DNA from: Kofleriaceae bacterium
GTDB taxonomy: Bacteria; Myxococcota_A; Polyangia; Haliangiales; Haliangiaceae
DNA length: 34,885 nucleotides
Reading direction: 5' to 3'
NCBI GenBank assembly: GCA_046597055.1
Contig: JBKJLC010000015.1
Location: 1-34,885, forward strand
In this document: in pieces, positions 32,597 to 34,885 of the stretch
How the letters are laid out: every line of letters starts with the position of its first letter
Numbering within the stretch: position 1 is the stretch's first letter
Translations under genes and position numbers: made by a program
Notes under the pieces: generated by a model
Told to the model about the DNA's origin: nothing
Databases searched by the model: none
The model's input: the letters and a program-made list of their open reading frames with translations, nothing else

Positions 32597-32722
32597 AGAG
32601 GTGGCGAGGCTTTGATCGACACCTCTCGCGCCAGCGCGGCGAGCGCGCCACGCGATCGGCTCGCCCGACATGCCGCCGGCGGCCTGAGGATGAGGCCGGT
32701 CCATGGGTATGCTCGGGCCACC

Positions 32723-34546
32723 ATGCGATCCCGCCACCTGATAGCCGTCGTCGCGCTCGTCACCACCAGCGCAGGCTGTGGCGATGACATCGGGCCGCCA
32801 CCGTCACCTCCGCCGGGCGCGCTGATCGCGGTCTCCATGGCGACCGAGGTCGGCGTGCTCCTCGACGAGCTGCCGCCCGCGGCACGCGACCGGTTGGCCG
32901 CCGATCTGCTGGCCCGCCCCGCGGCGTTCTGGGTCGCGCGCGCCGAGCGGCAGGTCTCGACCGCGCTGTACCGGCTGGTCTATCGCAACCTGTTCGACGA
33001 GACGCTCGGCCAGCTGCCGCTGCCGCCGGTCGAGCAGTGGGACCTCGAGGTCGCCGCGGCCCAGCGCAAGATCATCGATGGCCACGACCTGGTGGTCGCG
33101 CCCTACACGTTCTCGAGCACGCTGCTGACGCCGACCGAGGAGCCCGAGCTCGCCGACCCGATCCTGGCGACGATCGGCGGCGTGGTCGAGGAGGTGTTCG
33201 TGCTGCCGGTCGATCCCGAGCACTTGCTCGAGCGCACCGGCTACGCCTGCATGGACGAGGCGGACTTCCCGCCCGGCAGCGTCGACACCGAGAACGCGCC
33301 GGCCTTCTACGACGACAGCTGCGAGCCCGGCGTGTCGGCTGACGGCTGCCACCTCACCGCGCCGATCCCGTCGGTGTCGTGCGTCGACGCGCTGGCGGCC
33401 TCGGTCGGTCGCGCCGACGCCACCTTCCGGTTCGAGCGGGTCGAGTTCGACCGCGCGCGGGCGGATGCGGTCCGGGTCGGACGCGCGCGCACCGGCGGGC
33501 CGCAGCTGGCCGCGGTCGAGGCGGGCGTGCGCGACCACCGCATCGTCTACCGCTACTTCGAGCCGAGCTCGTGTGCGATCGCGGAGGGCTGCGTGGGCGG
33601 AGCGGGCTGGCGCCGGCTGCTGCAGTTCACCGCGACGATGGAGAACCTCGGCGACGAGGACATGGTGCTCGGCGAGGTCGGGGCCGGCAGCCCGGCGGTC
33701 CGCAACTACCTGGTCTCGTACAGCGCTTGCCACGAGCACATGCACTTCAACCACTACGGCAACTTCAGCTTCGGAGATGACGCGGCGCTCGGCTCGAAGC
33801 GGGCGTTCTGCCTCGAGAGCACGTCGCGCTACTCCAACAACGAGACGACGCCGCTGGTGCACCCGTACAGCTGCCACTTTCAGGGCACCGCGCGTGGCTG
33901 GGGCGACGACTACATCGCCGGGCTCGACTGCCAGTGGATCGACATCACCACGGTCGACTCGACCACGCCGGTCACCGCGCCGCTCGGCTTCGAGGTCAAC
34001 CCCGACGCCTTCCTGTGCGAGGGCGCGCTGATCACCGACGACCGCGGCGAGCCGCTGTTCGAGCCGACCGCGTTCACCAACGAGGACGACATGATCGAGA
34101 ACCGGTTCCAGTGCGAGGCGTTCGCGGATGCCGCGGCCGACAACCTGGTGACCGCCGACGTGACCGTGCCAGTGCCCGGCCGCGGCCTGGTGACCGAGCC
34201 GTGCGGGCGCTTCCAGGTCGGTACCACCCGCAACTGCGGCTTCGCGCCGACCGGCCCGGTGGTCACGTGCCTGCCCGGCGCCGAGGTCACGCTCCGCTGC
34301 GTCGGCGGCTCCGAGGCGGTCCCGGCCGCGGTGCGGGTGTGCGAGGCGAGCCACGCCCTTGGCGCGATCCCGTGTCTCTACAACGATGCCCGGGTCCAGG
34401 TGACCCAGCGCGGGGTCGCGCAGGACGTCACGTTCACCTGTCCGGCCGCGCGCTCGGCGATCGAGCTGGGCGGACGCGCCGGCGTCTACCTCAGCCCGCT
34501 GGTCGGGGGTGACGACGTCAGCAGCGTGCGCTGCGCGGTCCGCTAG
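32723..34546 (+). CDS. Lipoprotein with a lysyl oxidase (LOX)-like catalytic domain
   Basis: Lipobox TSAG-C after MRSRHLIAVVALV; LOX motifs CAIAEGC, RRLLQF...NLG, YSACHEHMHF, KRAFCLES, GWGDDYIAGLDCQWIDITTV and EVNPD; Cys-rich C-terminal domain. Confidence 0.85.
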   Translation: MRSRHLIAVVALVTTSAGCGDDIGPPPSPPPGALIAVSMATEVGVLLDELPPAARDRLAADLLARPAAFWVARAERQVSTALYRLVYRNLFDETLGQLPLPPVEQWDLEVAAAQRKIIDGHDLVVAPYTFSSTLLTPTEEPELADPILATIGGVVEEVFVLPVDPEHLLERTGYACMDEADFPPGSVDTENAPAFYDDSCEPGVSADGCHLTAPIPSVSCVDALAASVGRADATFRFERVEFDRARADAVRVGRARTGGPQLAAVEAGVRDHRIVYRYFEPSSCAIAEGCVGGAGWRRLLQFTATMENLGDEDMVLGEVGAGSPAVRNYLVSYSACHEHMHFNHYGNFSFGDDAALGSKRAFCLESTSRYSNNETTPLVHPYSCHFQGTARGWGDDYIAGLDCQWIDITTVDSTTPVTAPLGFEVNPDAFLCEGALITDDRGEPLFEPTAFTNEDDMIENRFQCEAFADAAADNLVTADVTVPVPGRGLVTEPCGRFQVGTTRNCGFAPTGPVVTCLPGAEVTLRCVGGSEAVPAAVRVCEASHALGAIPCLYNDARVQVTQRGVAQDVTFTCPAARSAIELGGRAGVYLSPLVGGDDVSSVRCAVR

Positions 34547-34885
34547 ACCAATGCCCATCGGATCGGCGCGAGCGATCGCGATCGAGGTTCTCCGTGGCTC
34601 CTGAGCGCACTTGTGATCAATCCCGAGGGGTGTCCTTTGGCTCCGGCGCTTCGTGACCGACTGCGCCCAGGTCAAATGGTGGATGGACTCAGGACGTACG
34701 GTACGGGCTGTCGCACGAGAGGCATCTCCGTCGAGCACGGGTCGGGTATTCGAGGCCAGCACGGAGGGCGAGCCGAGGCGGGGACGAGGTCCCAGGCGCG
34801 CTCGTAAATTCCCCGGCCGGGTGGTGCGTGCGTCGGCGGGTTGGGGCAATGGCACCGGCGTGCGTCACGCCCGGGGACCCCGGAT

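Noticed and set aside
34850..34864. TGGCAC...TGC sigma54-like motif
   Set aside because: GG-to-GC spacing is 9 nt rather than the required 10.

Overview
Very GC-rich bacterial DNA, most likely Myxococcota (inferred from an Oar-type TonB receptor, a TIGR04551-like beta-barrel, Cys-rich repeat lipoproteins and a lysyl-oxidase-domain lipoprotein). The left part (1-12.9 kb) holds envelope and housekeeping genes: an Ig-like fragment, the Oar-like receptor with terminator, a membrane protein, a TPR protein, radA, the beta-barrel and two lipoproteins. The centre (12.9-31.3 kb) is a compact six-gene locus around a ~4320-aa hybrid NRPS-PKS (A-T-KS-AT-ACP-aminotransferase-C-A-T-C-A-T) with no release domain. 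It is flanked by two divergent alpha/beta-hydrolase-fold genes (Cys-nucleophile GLCSG and apparently catalytically dead GLRLG), a Wzx-type flippase, a GT-C/ArnT-like membrane transferase and a TIGR04325-like methyltransferase. This arrangement suggests a megasynthase that builds a diamine-containing peptide for attachment to a surface glycan rather than a free metabolite (inference). nagZ and the lysyl-oxidase-like lipoprotein follow. No RNA genes, CRISPR arrays or mobile elements were recognised. Family assignments are from motif recognition by eye, not database searches.
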